Origin: Candidatus Ozemobacteraceae bacterium
GTDB lineage: Bacteria > Muiribacteriota > Ozemobacteria > Ozemobacterales > Ozemobacteraceae
Direction of reading: 5' to 3'
DNA: 64,000 nucleotides
Assembly: GCA_965140445.1 (NCBI GenBank)
Contig: OZ223236.1
Span: forward strand, 4,384,001-4,448,000
Of the stretch, positions 47,720 through 56,920 are shown one piece after another (positions within the stretch are counted from its first letter, which is position 1; each line of letters begins with the position of its first letter). The notes under the pieces were generated by a model that saw only the letters and a program-made list of their open reading frames with translations, was not told the origin of the DNA and did no database searches. A program made the position numbers and the translations under genes.

Positions 47720-48618
47720 TCTTCAGAAGCCCCTTCCGATGAAAATACCCCTGTAGCACCTTTTAAACCAATTCTATGCCCTAATACTGATGGCGCTAAC
47801 TCTTTCACATGATCAAAATCGACCCATTCAGCCTTCCTCATAAACGCCAATCCCTGACATGCTTTCATAAGAGCAATGCTTCCTCTTGGACTTACCGGTA
47901 ATTCAACAAAATCATGTTCTCTGGTTCTTGTAGCAATCCTTCCAATGTAATCAATAACAGAATCAGGAACTTCAACCTTCGCGACACATTCCTGCATAAG
48001 AAGAATATCTTTTGTATCTACAACTGAATTCAGCTGTTCAATAGGGGCCCCAAGCATATGTTTTTTTAGAATTTCCTTTTCCATTCCAGCCTTGGGATAT
48101 CCTATAGAAAGCCTTAGCATGAAACGATCCCTCTGCGATTCAGGCAAAGGATAGGTCCCATGAAACCCCTTTGGATTCTGAGTTGCAATAACCAAAAAAG
48201 GTTTTTCCAAATTAAAAGAATTTCTTTCAATGCTTACACTTAAATCATTCATAGCTTGAAGCAAAGCGCTCTGGGTTTTTGGTGGCGCTCTATTAAGCTC
48301 ATCTGCCAGGATTAGATTAGAAAAAATCGGCCCTTTAATAAACTCAAATTCTTCAGTTTTTCTGCGATAGATCTTTGTACCAATAATATCAGAGGGTAGC
48401 AGATCAGCAGTAAATTGAATGCGATTAAACACTCCCCCTATAAGCTTTGCAATAGAAGAAGCCAGCGTTGTTTTCCCAACTCCGGGCATGTCTTCCAGTA
48501 AAAGATGCCCCCCAGAAATGAGGCATACAAGAACCTTTTCGATCTGTTCAGGCTTGCCAATTATTACTGAGTTTAGTTTTTCTTTTATAGTTTGAATTTT
48601 ATTTTGAATATCTTGCAT
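47677..48618 (-). CDS. moxR: MoxR-family AAA+ ATPase
   Basis: HLLLEDMPGVGKT, RIQFTADLLPSD, LADELNRAPPKTQSALL and YPLPESQRDRF motifs. Confidence 0.95.
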   Translation of the reverse strand: MQDIQNKIQTIKEKLNSVIIGKPEQIEKVLVCLISGGHLLLEDMPGVGKTTLASSIAKLIGGVFNRIQFTADLLPSDIIGTKIYRRKTEEFEFIKGPIFSNLILADELNRAPPKTQSALLQAMNDLSVSIERNSFNLEKPFLVIATQNPKGFHGTYPLPESQRDRFMLRLSIGYPKAGMEKEILKKHMLGAPIEQLNSVVDTKDILLMQECVAKVEVPDSVIDYIGRIATRTREHDFVELPVSPRGSIALMKACQGLAFMRKAEWVDFDHVKELAPSVLGHRIGLKGATGVFSSEGASEDWIREEILQRLEIS

Positions 48619-48767
48619 ATTGATGACAATTCTAGCACATAAAAAGGCCTATTAGTTCTATTTAATAACATTTTTGAACAAGAAAAATTCAATTCTAAGC
48701 ACAAAATATGTTACAATGTCTCAACAAATTTTACCCTAATATATAAATAGAATCAAGGAAGGAAAAA

Positions 48768-50216
48768 ATGGCCAAAAAGGCATCTAGTTCAGGAAGTTCT
48801 AAGGTCAAAAGTTTCAAGCCAGAAAATGCATGGGATGTTCTCCCAGATAAAGAAATCAAGCTTCTAGAAAGCAGATCAGTTAATTACATTGAATTTCTGG
48901 CAAATTGTAAAACCGAAAGAGAAACCATAAAATTCATTCAAGCCAAAGCAGGTAAGCTTGGTTTTAAGGAATTATCTACTCTCGGAAAAGGAAAAAAACT
49001 CAAGCCCGGAGCAAAAGTTTATTTCATCAACAAAAATAGAGCAATGGGACTTGCTGTAATTGGCAAAAGGCCAGCCAGCGAAGGTTTTAGATTGATTGCC
49101 GCCCACCACGATGTACCTAGAATAGACATTAAACCCACCCCGCTTTATGAAAAGCACGGACTTGCCTTGCTTAAAACCCACTATTATGGTGGTGTAAAAA
49201 AGTTTCAATGGGCTGTAATACCATTAGCACTTCACGGTTTTGCAATAACCGCCAAAGGAAAAGAAGTTAATTTTAGAATTGGTGACAAGCCAGGGGACCC
49301 TGTATTCACAATCAGCGACATTGCACCTCATTTGTCACAAAAAATTCAGGACAGCAGAAAATCTAACGCAACCTTCTCTGGTGAAGAACTAAACGTTTTG
49401 GTTGGGCACATTCCTCTGAAGGCTAAAAAAGAAGAGGACAAGAAAAAGAATGATCGCGTTAAAAATGCAATTCTTACGCACCTTGAAAAAGAATACGGCT
49501 TTGAAGAAGAAGATTTTGCATGGGCAGAAATTCATGCGGTCCCAGCTTTTGACCCAAAAGAAGTTGGCTTTGACAGAGGAATAATTGGTGGCTACGGACA
49601 CGACGACAGAGCGTGCGTTATGGCAGCATTTGAAGCCATTTCAGACATAAAAATACCCGAACACACCTGCGGCATTTTATTGCTGGACAAAGAAGAAATA
49701 GGCTCTTGTGGATCAAGCGGAGCCTCATCCATGATGGTTACCGACTTTCTAGCAATGCTCACCGAAGCGACTTCCGGGGAAAGCAGTTTTTGCTCGATCC
49801 GCAATGCAATATCAGAGACATTTGTTATTTCAGCCGATACAGCCCCACCAATCGACCCCAACTTTGAGTCCACGCACGACCCACTGAACTCTGGAGTTCT
49901 GGGAAAAGGCGTATGGGTAAGCAAATACTCAGGTGCAATGGGAAAATTCATGAGCGGAGAAGCTGATGTTGAATTTATGGCTAATATTCGCAAACTACTA
50001 AATAAAGAAAATATCCCGTATCAGTTTGGCGAATTTGGCAAGGTCGACGAAGGTGGCGGCGGAACAGTTGCTTTTCTTTTAAGCAATATGAACATGCACG
50101 TTCTAGATATTGCTTTGCCAACTCTCAGCCTTCACTCTCCTTTTGAATTAATTTCAAAAGTAGACTACCATTATACAGTAAGCACTTATAAAGCCTTCAT
50201 GGCAAACAAGTATTAA
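48768..50216 (+). CDS. M18-family aminopeptidase
   Basis: KTERE, AHHDVPRID, HYYGGVKKFQW, GHDDR, DKEEIGS and HSPFE motifs. Confidence 0.92.
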   Translation: MAKKASSSGSSKVKSFKPENAWDVLPDKEIKLLESRSVNYIEFLANCKTERETIKFIQAKAGKLGFKELSTLGKGKKLKPGAKVYFINKNRAMGLAVIGKRPASEGFRLIAAHHDVPRIDIKPTPLYEKHGLALLKTHYYGGVKKFQWAVIPLALHGFAITAKGKEVNFRIGDKPGDPVFTISDIAPHLSQKIQDSRKSNATFSGEELNVLVGHIPLKAKKEEDKKKNDRVKNAILTHLEKEYGFEEEDFAWAEIHAVPAFDPKEVGFDRGIIGGYGHDDRACVMAAFEAISDIKIPEHTCGILLLDKEEIGSCGSSGASSMMVTDFLAMLTEATSGESSFCSIRNAISETFVISADTAPPIDPNFESTHDPLNSGVLGKGVWVSKYSGAMGKFMSGEADVEFMANIRKLLNKENIPYQFGEFGKVDEGGGGTVAFLLSNMNMHVLDIALPTLSLHSPFELISKVDYHYTVSTYKAFMANKY

Positions 50217-50236
50217 AACACTCTCAAAAAACCGTT

Positions 50237-50273
50237 AAAAAGCGGGCCTGGCTTACCGCCAGCCCGCTTTTTT
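50237..50273 (+). terminator. Rho-independent terminator
   Basis: AAAAAGCGGGC-c-TGGC-ttacc-GCCA-GCCCGCTTTTTT. Confidence 0.8.
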
Positions 50274-50292
50274 CAAAATTGGAAGAAAAACA

Positions 50293-51426
50293 ATGGATGT
50301 AAATTCACTTGAAAGCGCGCTGAAAAAAAAGAAACTAGATAAAAGAATTCTTATTTTTTCAGGCCCAGAGCTGTTTTTAAAAGAGCGAAATCTGGAAATA
50401 TTGGTAAATAGCTATATTCCTAAGGAAGATCGCTCAGAGAACTTCTCAAGACTAACTTGCAACTCAAAAAACTTTAATGAGATTACAGCTCAAATTTACA
50501 GCTTTTCATTTAATCCAAGCCCAAGAATTTTTTTACTCTCAAACTCTGAGTCTCTTAGCAGCAAAGCCAGAAAAGATTTTTTCGAAAAGCTAAACTCTAG
50601 TGGCGTTCCTCCAGATGTAATAATTGTCATTCAAACAGAAGACACCAAAACCAGCAAAGAACTTTCAGCAATATTCTCAAAAGATGCCGAAAAAGTGGAT
50701 TTTTGGCCTCCTTTTGAAAATGTGATTCCACAATGGATAAAAAAATTCGCATCAGAAAACAATTGTGAGATATCTCAAGATGCGACAAACCTTTTGCTTG
50801 AGCTTTGCGGCAACAACTTAAAAAACTTATCACAGGAAATCGCAAAACTAAGTCTTTCTGCGCCAAACAATAAAATCGACCTAACCATTGTCAAAACAGG
50901 AGTTGCCTCTTCACGGCAAGAAGATGCTTTTACAATGCTAGAAGCAACAGGATCTAGAAACGCTTCTGGAGCAATGGCAATAATTGAAACACTCTCTAAT
51001 CACGGCGAGCCAATTCCCAAACTATGGTTCATGCTTACAAAACAACTAAGAGAATTTAGACTTCTCCACGATCTAGTAATGGATCGCCAGGATCTGATGA
51101 AACCAATTGCCGAAAAATTTGAAAGTTTTTCCCGACTAAAGGGAAAAACAGACTACAAATCAAACATGGCCAGAAAAAAATTATCAGAGGACATAATCAA
51201 CATCTCAAATTCCTTTCCGCCATATATAGCCGAAAAATTAAGACTAAATACTACCAATCGAATCCAATCTGCCTGTCACGCTCTTAATTTTTCCAGAGCA
51301 GAGCTAATAAGTCTTTGGCCTAAAATCCTTGAAACAGACAAATTAATTAAATCTGGAATACAAGACCCAAAGCTTCGTTTACAAGCATTTGTAGCAGAGA
51401 ATATTGCAAAAAAACAATCTTCCTAA
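50293..51426 (+). CDS. holA: DNA polymerase III delta subunit
   Basis: FSGPELFL, ELCGNNLKNLSQEIAKL and ILETDKLIKSG motifs; convergent with rpsT, the usual synteny. Confidence 0.85.
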   Translation: MDVNSLESALKKKKLDKRILIFSGPELFLKERNLEILVNSYIPKEDRSENFSRLTCNSKNFNEITAQIYSFSFNPSPRIFLLSNSESLSSKARKDFFEKLNSSGVPPDVIIVIQTEDTKTSKELSAIFSKDAEKVDFWPPFENVIPQWIKKFASENNCEISQDATNLLLELCGNNLKNLSQEIAKLSLSAPNNKIDLTIVKTGVASSRQEDAFTMLEATGSRNASGAMAIIETLSNHGEPIPKLWFMLTKQLREFRLLHDLVMDRQDLMKPIAEKFESFSRLKGKTDYKSNMARKKLSEDIINISNSFPPYIAEKLRLNTTNRIQSACHALNFSRAELISLWPKILETDKLIKSGIQDPKLRLQAFVAENIAKKQSS

Positions 51427-51431
51427 AGCCA

Positions 51432-51460
51432 TAAACCGGAGAAAGCGTTGCTTTCCCCGG
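51432..51460 (-). terminator. Terminator after rpsT
   Basis: Minus strand CCGGGGAAAGC-aac-GCTTTCTCCGG-TTTA. Confidence 0.6.
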
Positions 51461-51511
51461 GTAAAGGCTAATTGAGCTTGTCAGACAATCAGAAAATCAG
51501 AAATCGTTAAA

Positions 51512-51787
51512 CTATTCCTGAGCTTGAAGTCTATTAACAGCTTTCATCAAGCGACTGATCTTTCTAGAAGCAGTTCTCTTGTGAATGTATTTATTAGAAG
51601 CAGCTTTCGCAAACTGTCTAACAGCCTGATTTGTAGCTTTAGCTACTTCTTCGGCGCCTACTTTTTCTTCAGCAGCCTTAATAGCTTTTTTGCGAAGAGT
51701 TTTCAGTTCAGATTTAGCCGAAACTCTAAGCTCGTGACGGCGAGCAGCTTTTCTTGCATTTTTTGCAGCTGACAGTGTATTAGCCAT
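51512..51787 (-). CDS. rpsT: 30S ribosomal protein S20
   Basis: Start moved to ATG 51787 (SD AAGGTG); MANTLSAAKNARKA...KSELKT...IHKRTASRKISRL. Confidence 0.93.
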   Translation of the reverse strand: MANTLSAAKNARKAARRHELRVSAKSELKTLRKKAIKAAEEKVGAEEVAKATNQAVRQFAKAASNKYIHKRTASRKISRLMKAVNRLQAQE

Positions 51788-51821
51788 AATATTCACCTTC
51801 CATATAAACTTTAGAGAAATA

Positions 51822-51850
51822 AGCATAGCACGACTTTAAAGAGATTTCAA
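51822..51850 (-). promoter_or_regulatory. sigma70 promoter of rpsT
   Basis: TTGAAA, 17 nt, TATGCT with TGn extension. Confidence 0.65.
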
Positions 51851-51954
51851 GCAAAATACTGTTTTTTTTCTTTGTTTAATTTCTTCTGAAATGTACTACC
51901 AGAACATTTCACGTGATTATATAGCTATTTTCGGCGGTACAAATAAAGGGCTCC

Positions 51955-51983
51955 TTGATTAAGCTTGTTAAAAGCTATATAAT
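51955..51983 (+). promoter_or_regulatory. sigma70 promoter of the signalling operon
   Basis: TTGATT, 17 nt, TATAAT; GGAG precedes TTG 52026. Confidence 0.7.
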
Positions 51984-52025
51984 TCTCTTCTGTATACAGT
52001 AGAAGTTAAAATATGGAGTAATACA

Positions 52026-54794
52026 TTGAGACTTGATTTTCTGGAAGCTCTTGAAACAGCACTTGAAACCCCTGGTTTTTTAGCATTAGAAGAGCTTAAC
52101 TACAATTTTTTGACAAAAATTAAAGGATTCTATGGACTTATTTTGCGTGCCTACAGTGGCTCCGTTTTAAGTCCATGGAAACTGCTTTACGAATCAGATC
52201 AATTTGAAAATGAAAAAGCAGTTACAGAATTTCTTGACCTCTCTTTGAACATGGGGATTAACGAAGACAACGAAGGCGATTTCTTCTGCCGAAACAAAAA
52301 AACCGGGCACGTTTTTTTTATCAGCCCGTACATGAGAAAGAATTATCATCTCGGAGAAATTATTTTAATCATAGACGGGAGCTGCGAAAATTATCTTGAA
52401 TGGCAAAGATTTGCAGACCACCTTGGACGAATAATTTTTTCAAATTACGACTTTCCGGCAAGCTTGACCCCAGAAACGAGGAAAGAGTCAGAAAAGGCTC
52501 TTTCATTCATTAGAAATATTCAATTACTTTTAAATCACTCCAGAAACATTGACGCTCTGCCACCTGGCAACGAGCAATATCAGGGAAAAAAATGGCATCA
52601 AGAAGATTCGTCATATATGCTGAAGTTTCTTGATAAATTTCAAACTGAGTTCGATTTGCATTCAGTCTTTACCATACAAAAATCTGCTCCAGGCTACATG
52701 AACCTATTTATTTCATCTTCAATTAGCGAAGAAGAAGTCGTTCCAGAAGAGGTAAGAGAGATGATAGACATCACCTTGAGCCACGAAGGGAACCTTAAAA
52801 ACACAATTCTTAATGAAACCTTGATTAAATCTGGGAAAAAAGGGTTTTCCACAGAAAGCTTAGAGCCACTTGTTTTTTCCTGCCAGGCTGGCGGTGAAGC
52901 TTTCGGACATCTGGGCTTCTTCAGTCATGCCAATCATCCTCTTCGACATATCCATCATCAATCAAAATTGCTTCCAATGCTTGCCAATCATTTGGGATTT
53001 TACTTCAGCCACTTTTTTCAGCTGCGAAAAGAAGCGATTAATGGAAGAATGCTTCAACAGATAAATCAAACATGTAATTTAGTAAATTCTTCCGTGGATA
53101 TTGGCGCAATAGTTTTCAGTTTGGCAGAAAGCCTAAAAACTCTCTTTGGACAGAAATCTGGTGCAATTTTAATTTACTCAAATGATGATAACAGCCTTGA
53201 GGTTACAAATTATCTAGAAGGGGACATCCCTGAAGGATTTAATGTAAGTCATGAAGCTGCTAACAACCAACATATAATTGATGCCATCTCAGATGGAACT
53301 GTTTTTGACAATTCAGATAAGCAGTTTAATTTTCCTGTCAGATATGTTTTGCCACTCGCATTCACTCCCCAGGCTGCGGTTCTTGGAGCAGATTGCTGTG
53401 CTAAAAGAGCGCTAGGAGGAGTTATTCTATTTGAATCTGAGTTAAACAAGCCTCTGACTTCCGATGGAAAAGATAAACTTATACAAATTCTTCTAAACGG
53501 CATAAGCGCATCGCTGCAGATGGCATTTAATTACCACGAAAAAATCGAAACAATCAGAGCCTTAGAAGGCTTAATGGAAAGACTTTCAAACACCGATGCG
53601 CTTTTGGATGAAATGATCCTGATTATTCGCCACCTTCTAAAAGTGAACAGAATCTCTTTCCTGACTCTGGATGAAAAGGGCGAGAACTTATTTATAAAAA
53701 AAGGATTTGGACTTCCTCCAGGAATTTTAGAAAAAACGAGTATTCCTATCGGCGAAGAGATTTCAGGTTTCGTTGCTCAACAAGGCCGATCATACCGTCT
53801 CGACAACATTGAGTCAGAAGGTTTTTTCAAAAAAAGATCTCAAGAACAGTATTTGAACAGGTCCTTACTATCTGTTCCACTAATTAGCAAAGGTTCTGGA
53901 AATAAGAAAAGTGTCATTGGGGTAATAAATGTAAACAATAAAACCAATGGATTAACTTTTACAGCCCAAGATCAAACCCTTTTAGAATCAATTGCCCACT
54001 TAGTTGTCACTGCAATGGAAAATGTCCGACTAATGGAAAAGGAACACGAAAAGAAGCTTCTTGATCGCCAGTTGCAGGATGCAAAAGATATTCAAATGTC
54101 TTTGCTGCCCAAAAGCTTTTCTGGTCTGCCCCCCACGCTTGAAGTTTATGGGATCAGCATTCCAGCAAGACAGATCGGTGGAGACTTCTTTGATATTTTG
54201 CCCCTTGACAGCGGCGAGATATTAATAGCTCTTGGTGATGTCTCAGGAAAAGGAATGCCAGCAGCAATCCTGATGGCTGTTTCTCGCATGATTCTCAGAT
54301 CTGTAGTTCAAGACACCACTTGTCCAATTGCAATACTGGAAAAGGTAAATGAAAAACTTTCCAAGGAACTGGACGACTATCATTTTGTAACTTTACAGAT
54401 CGTAGCTATAAATCCTCAAACAGGAGAAGCAAAAATGGCTTCTGCCGGGCATGGACCTTTAATGGCCAGGCTTTCAGGTGAAATAGCTGCATTAGAAACT
54501 AAAGGCGGCCCACCACTTGGTATTCCAAGCCTTCCCGGCATGTATGATGAGAAAAAGTTTAAAATGACAGGCGATGATGTCATTCTTCTATACACAGATG
54601 GCTTATCTGAAGAACACTCTAAAACAGGCGAAATGTTTGGAAACGACAGAATAGCAAAAATTTTGTTATCACACACTCAGTCAGACTCCAAAGAACTGGT
54701 AGAAACTTTGACATCAGCAGCGATTAATTGGCGAGCTGGAAAAGAAGCACATGATGATCTCACAGTTCTGACGCTGAAATTCAAAGGAAACTAG
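52026..54794 (+). CDS. Multi-GAF SpoIIE/RsbU-type PP2C phosphatase
   Basis: GAF motifs (SLLSVPL...VIGVINVNNK...FTAQD); PP2C motifs GGDFFD, GDVSGKG, LYTDG and HDDLT. Confidence 0.92.
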   Translation: MRLDFLEALETALETPGFLALEELNYNFLTKIKGFYGLILRAYSGSVLSPWKLLYESDQFENEKAVTEFLDLSLNMGINEDNEGDFFCRNKKTGHVFFISPYMRKNYHLGEIILIIDGSCENYLEWQRFADHLGRIIFSNYDFPASLTPETRKESEKALSFIRNIQLLLNHSRNIDALPPGNEQYQGKKWHQEDSSYMLKFLDKFQTEFDLHSVFTIQKSAPGYMNLFISSSISEEEVVPEEVREMIDITLSHEGNLKNTILNETLIKSGKKGFSTESLEPLVFSCQAGGEAFGHLGFFSHANHPLRHIHHQSKLLPMLANHLGFYFSHFFQLRKEAINGRMLQQINQTCNLVNSSVDIGAIVFSLAESLKTLFGQKSGAILIYSNDDNSLEVTNYLEGDIPEGFNVSHEAANNQHIIDAISDGTVFDNSDKQFNFPVRYVLPLAFTPQAAVLGADCCAKRALGGVILFESELNKPLTSDGKDKLIQILLNGISASLQMAFNYHEKIETIRALEGLMERLSNTDALLDEMILIIRHLLKVNRISFLTLDEKGENLFIKKGFGLPPGILEKTSIPIGEEISGFVAQQGRSYRLDNIESEGFFKKRSQEQYLNRSLLSVPLISKGSGNKKSVIGVINVNNKTNGLTFTAQDQTLLESIAHLVVTAMENVRLMEKEHEKKLLDRQLQDAKDIQMSLLPKSFSGLPPTLEVYGISIPARQIGGDFFDILPLDSGEILIALGDVSGKGMPAAILMAVSRMILRSVVQDTTCPIAILEKVNEKLSKELDDYHFVTLQIVAINPQTGEAKMASAGHGPLMARLSGEIAALETKGGPPLGIPSLPGMYDEKKFKMTGDDVILLYTDGLSEEHSKTGEMFGNDRIAKILLSHTQSDSKELVETLTSAAINWRAGKEAHDDLTVLTLKFKGN

Positions 54795-54799
54795 CAACA

Positions 54800-56920
54800 A
54801 TGCTCAGCAAAGAAGCACAAAAAATACTACAGTTCCACGCAAAATTAGCAGCGAAATCTGCAAATACCGTAGATTTGCACAAACTTCTGGAATCTATCAA
54901 TAAAGAAGTTCTTGAGTTTATAAACGCTAGCTCGGGTTCTATTATGATTCATAACCCAGAAGAAAAATGCCTTCAGTTATATGTATCTTCCAGTCACCCA
55001 ATCCATGGACAACAATTTAAAGATGGCCCTGTTGCAAGAATTCCAATAGGAAAAGGCGTTGCAGGTGAAGTCTTTACATCTGGAAAACCTGTAATTGTGT
55101 CGAAAGCCTCTGATTTGAAAGATTCAACAAAGCTTAAGAGAAAAGGTGATCCTGGATCTTTTTTATCAATGCCACTGAAAATTAATCGTAGAACCATTGG
55201 AGTGCTAAATCTTAACCGGGTTCCAGAACAACCCGCTTTTAGCAACGATGACCTGAAAAGGCTTAAAACAGTAGACACGCTTATTGCCAGCTTAATTGAA
55301 AAAGAAAGCTTTTTAAATACAATAAATCAAAATAAAACAGAGATTGAGGGCTTGTATTCTTTATCCTGCATTCTTTCTGATTCTTCCAACTTTCAAAAAA
55401 GTCTTAACAACTTTTTAAAAGAACTTGGTAAGCTTCTAAAGCTTGAGCGCTCAGCAATCATTCAACTATCATCCTCGTCAGCGCCCACCTTTAGCCTAGA
55501 CCAGATAAAAGATGGATTTAATATTCTGGCAGCAAAACATATCAGCTCTAACCAGATTCAGCAAATTTTTAAATCGGTTTCTGCTCGCTTGAAACACCAG
55601 TTATTATCCAGTTTAAGCGAATCAGGGGAAAATCCATTTAACAAAGAGCCTCTCACTCTTGCTTTTGATGAAAATGGTGAACCAAGAGAATTATTCTGCA
55701 TTCCTTTAATGGTTGATGGTAAACCATCTCATATGCTCCTTGTGAGTAGAAAATACCAAAAAGAAGATTTAGAAGACGCACCAAGACATTACAGATTCCT
55801 CTATCTTGTATCTCAAAATCTTGGAATGGCCCTGGAAAGAGAAGAGATGATTCAGAGAATCAAAGAAGATCAGGAAATGCTGTTGGAAAATGCCACCAGA
55901 AACAGAGTTTTTCTTGAGATAAGCAAAGATCTAACCTCGACTCTTGATCCATACGTGATTTTGCAAAAAGCTTTTAATCAATTCAGACACATAATCTCAT
56001 TTTCATCAATTTCAATTTTACTTTTTGATGACCTCGATAATACTTACAGGTTGATTATTCAACCTGAATACCCAATATCCAATCAGTATAAAAAAGCTTT
56101 GGTTGATGAAATACAATATGTTTTCTCAGAATTTCCAGCTGAGCCAGGCTTATCTGATGAGAATCTAAATAAACCAGTGGTCTTTAAGCCACAAGTTCCA
56201 AATGCCAAAGCGCTTAAAGAATTTAAACAAACCCTTAACCTGCCAATCATATTAGGCGATAAGGTTTCGGGATTGATTCATCTGGCAAAACAAGACTCTG
56301 AACCATTTACACGACATGAACTAGACATTACATCTCAATTTACGGGCATTTTTATCACCAGTATAAAAAATGCCCTGATCCATAAAAGAACGGAAAAGCT
56401 TGCTTTTACAGATCCGCTCACGGAGTTGTTTAACCACAGATATTTTCAGGAAACATTAAATCAGGAATTTGTGAGAGCAAAACGTTATAGCAAACCCTTA
56501 TCTTTGATGGTTATTGATATTGATTTCTTTAAAAAATTTAATGATACATATGGTCACCTGGTAGGTGACAAGGTATTGCGACATGTTGCAAAAATATTTC
56601 AGCATTCTGTCCGAGAACAAATCGATACAGTCGCAAGGTATGGAGGAGAAGAATTTGGAGTAATTCTTCCAGAAACCCCGCTAAAGGGTGCTGTTCTTTT
56701 CGCAGAAAGAATCAGGGAAGCAGTAGAATCATCAAAAATCCCTCATGAAGGAAAAGAACTTTCTGTAACTCTGTCCATAGGGGTCTCCTGCACAGAAGTT
56801 ACAGATTGTCACAAAACCTCTGACCTTGTTGAATCCGCCGACATTGCACTATATTCAGCAAAAGATGGTGGTCGAAATCAAGTTAAACCATATACTGAAA
56901 GCAGAGTAAAAAATGCCTGA
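54800..56920 (+). CDS. Multi-GAF diguanylate cyclase
   Basis: TDPLTELFNHR, DIDFFKKFNDTYGHLVGD, RYGGEEF and AKDGGRN motifs; GAF-like N-terminal repeats. Confidence 0.95.
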   Translation: MLSKEAQKILQFHAKLAAKSANTVDLHKLLESINKEVLEFINASSGSIMIHNPEEKCLQLYVSSSHPIHGQQFKDGPVARIPIGKGVAGEVFTSGKPVIVSKASDLKDSTKLKRKGDPGSFLSMPLKINRRTIGVLNLNRVPEQPAFSNDDLKRLKTVDTLIASLIEKESFLNTINQNKTEIEGLYSLSCILSDSSNFQKSLNNFLKELGKLLKLERSAIIQLSSSSAPTFSLDQIKDGFNILAAKHISSNQIQQIFKSVSARLKHQLLSSLSESGENPFNKEPLTLAFDENGEPRELFCIPLMVDGKPSHMLLVSRKYQKEDLEDAPRHYRFLYLVSQNLGMALEREEMIQRIKEDQEMLLENATRNRVFLEISKDLTSTLDPYVILQKAFNQFRHIISFSSISILLFDDLDNTYRLIIQPEYPISNQYKKALVDEIQYVFSEFPAEPGLSDENLNKPVVFKPQVPNAKALKEFKQTLNLPIILGDKVSGLIHLAKQDSEPFTRHELDITSQFTGIFITSIKNALIHKRTEKLAFTDPLTELFNHRYFQETLNQEFVRAKRYSKPLSLMVIDIDFFKKFNDTYGHLVGDKVLRHVAKIFQHSVREQIDTVARYGGEEFGVILPETPLKGAVLFAERIREAVESSKIPHEGKELSVTLSIGVSCTEVTDCHKTSDLVESADIALYSAKDGGRNQVKPYTESRVKNA

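Noticed and set aside
33623..51826. Long overlaps implied by ORF-track starts (mnmG' 33652, mnmE 35096, tgpA 46923, rpsT 51826; also rpmF 26832)
   Set aside because: Downstream ATGs with SD sequences or tight coupling and family-typical N-termini remove the overlaps or extensions; starts were corrected in the feature list.
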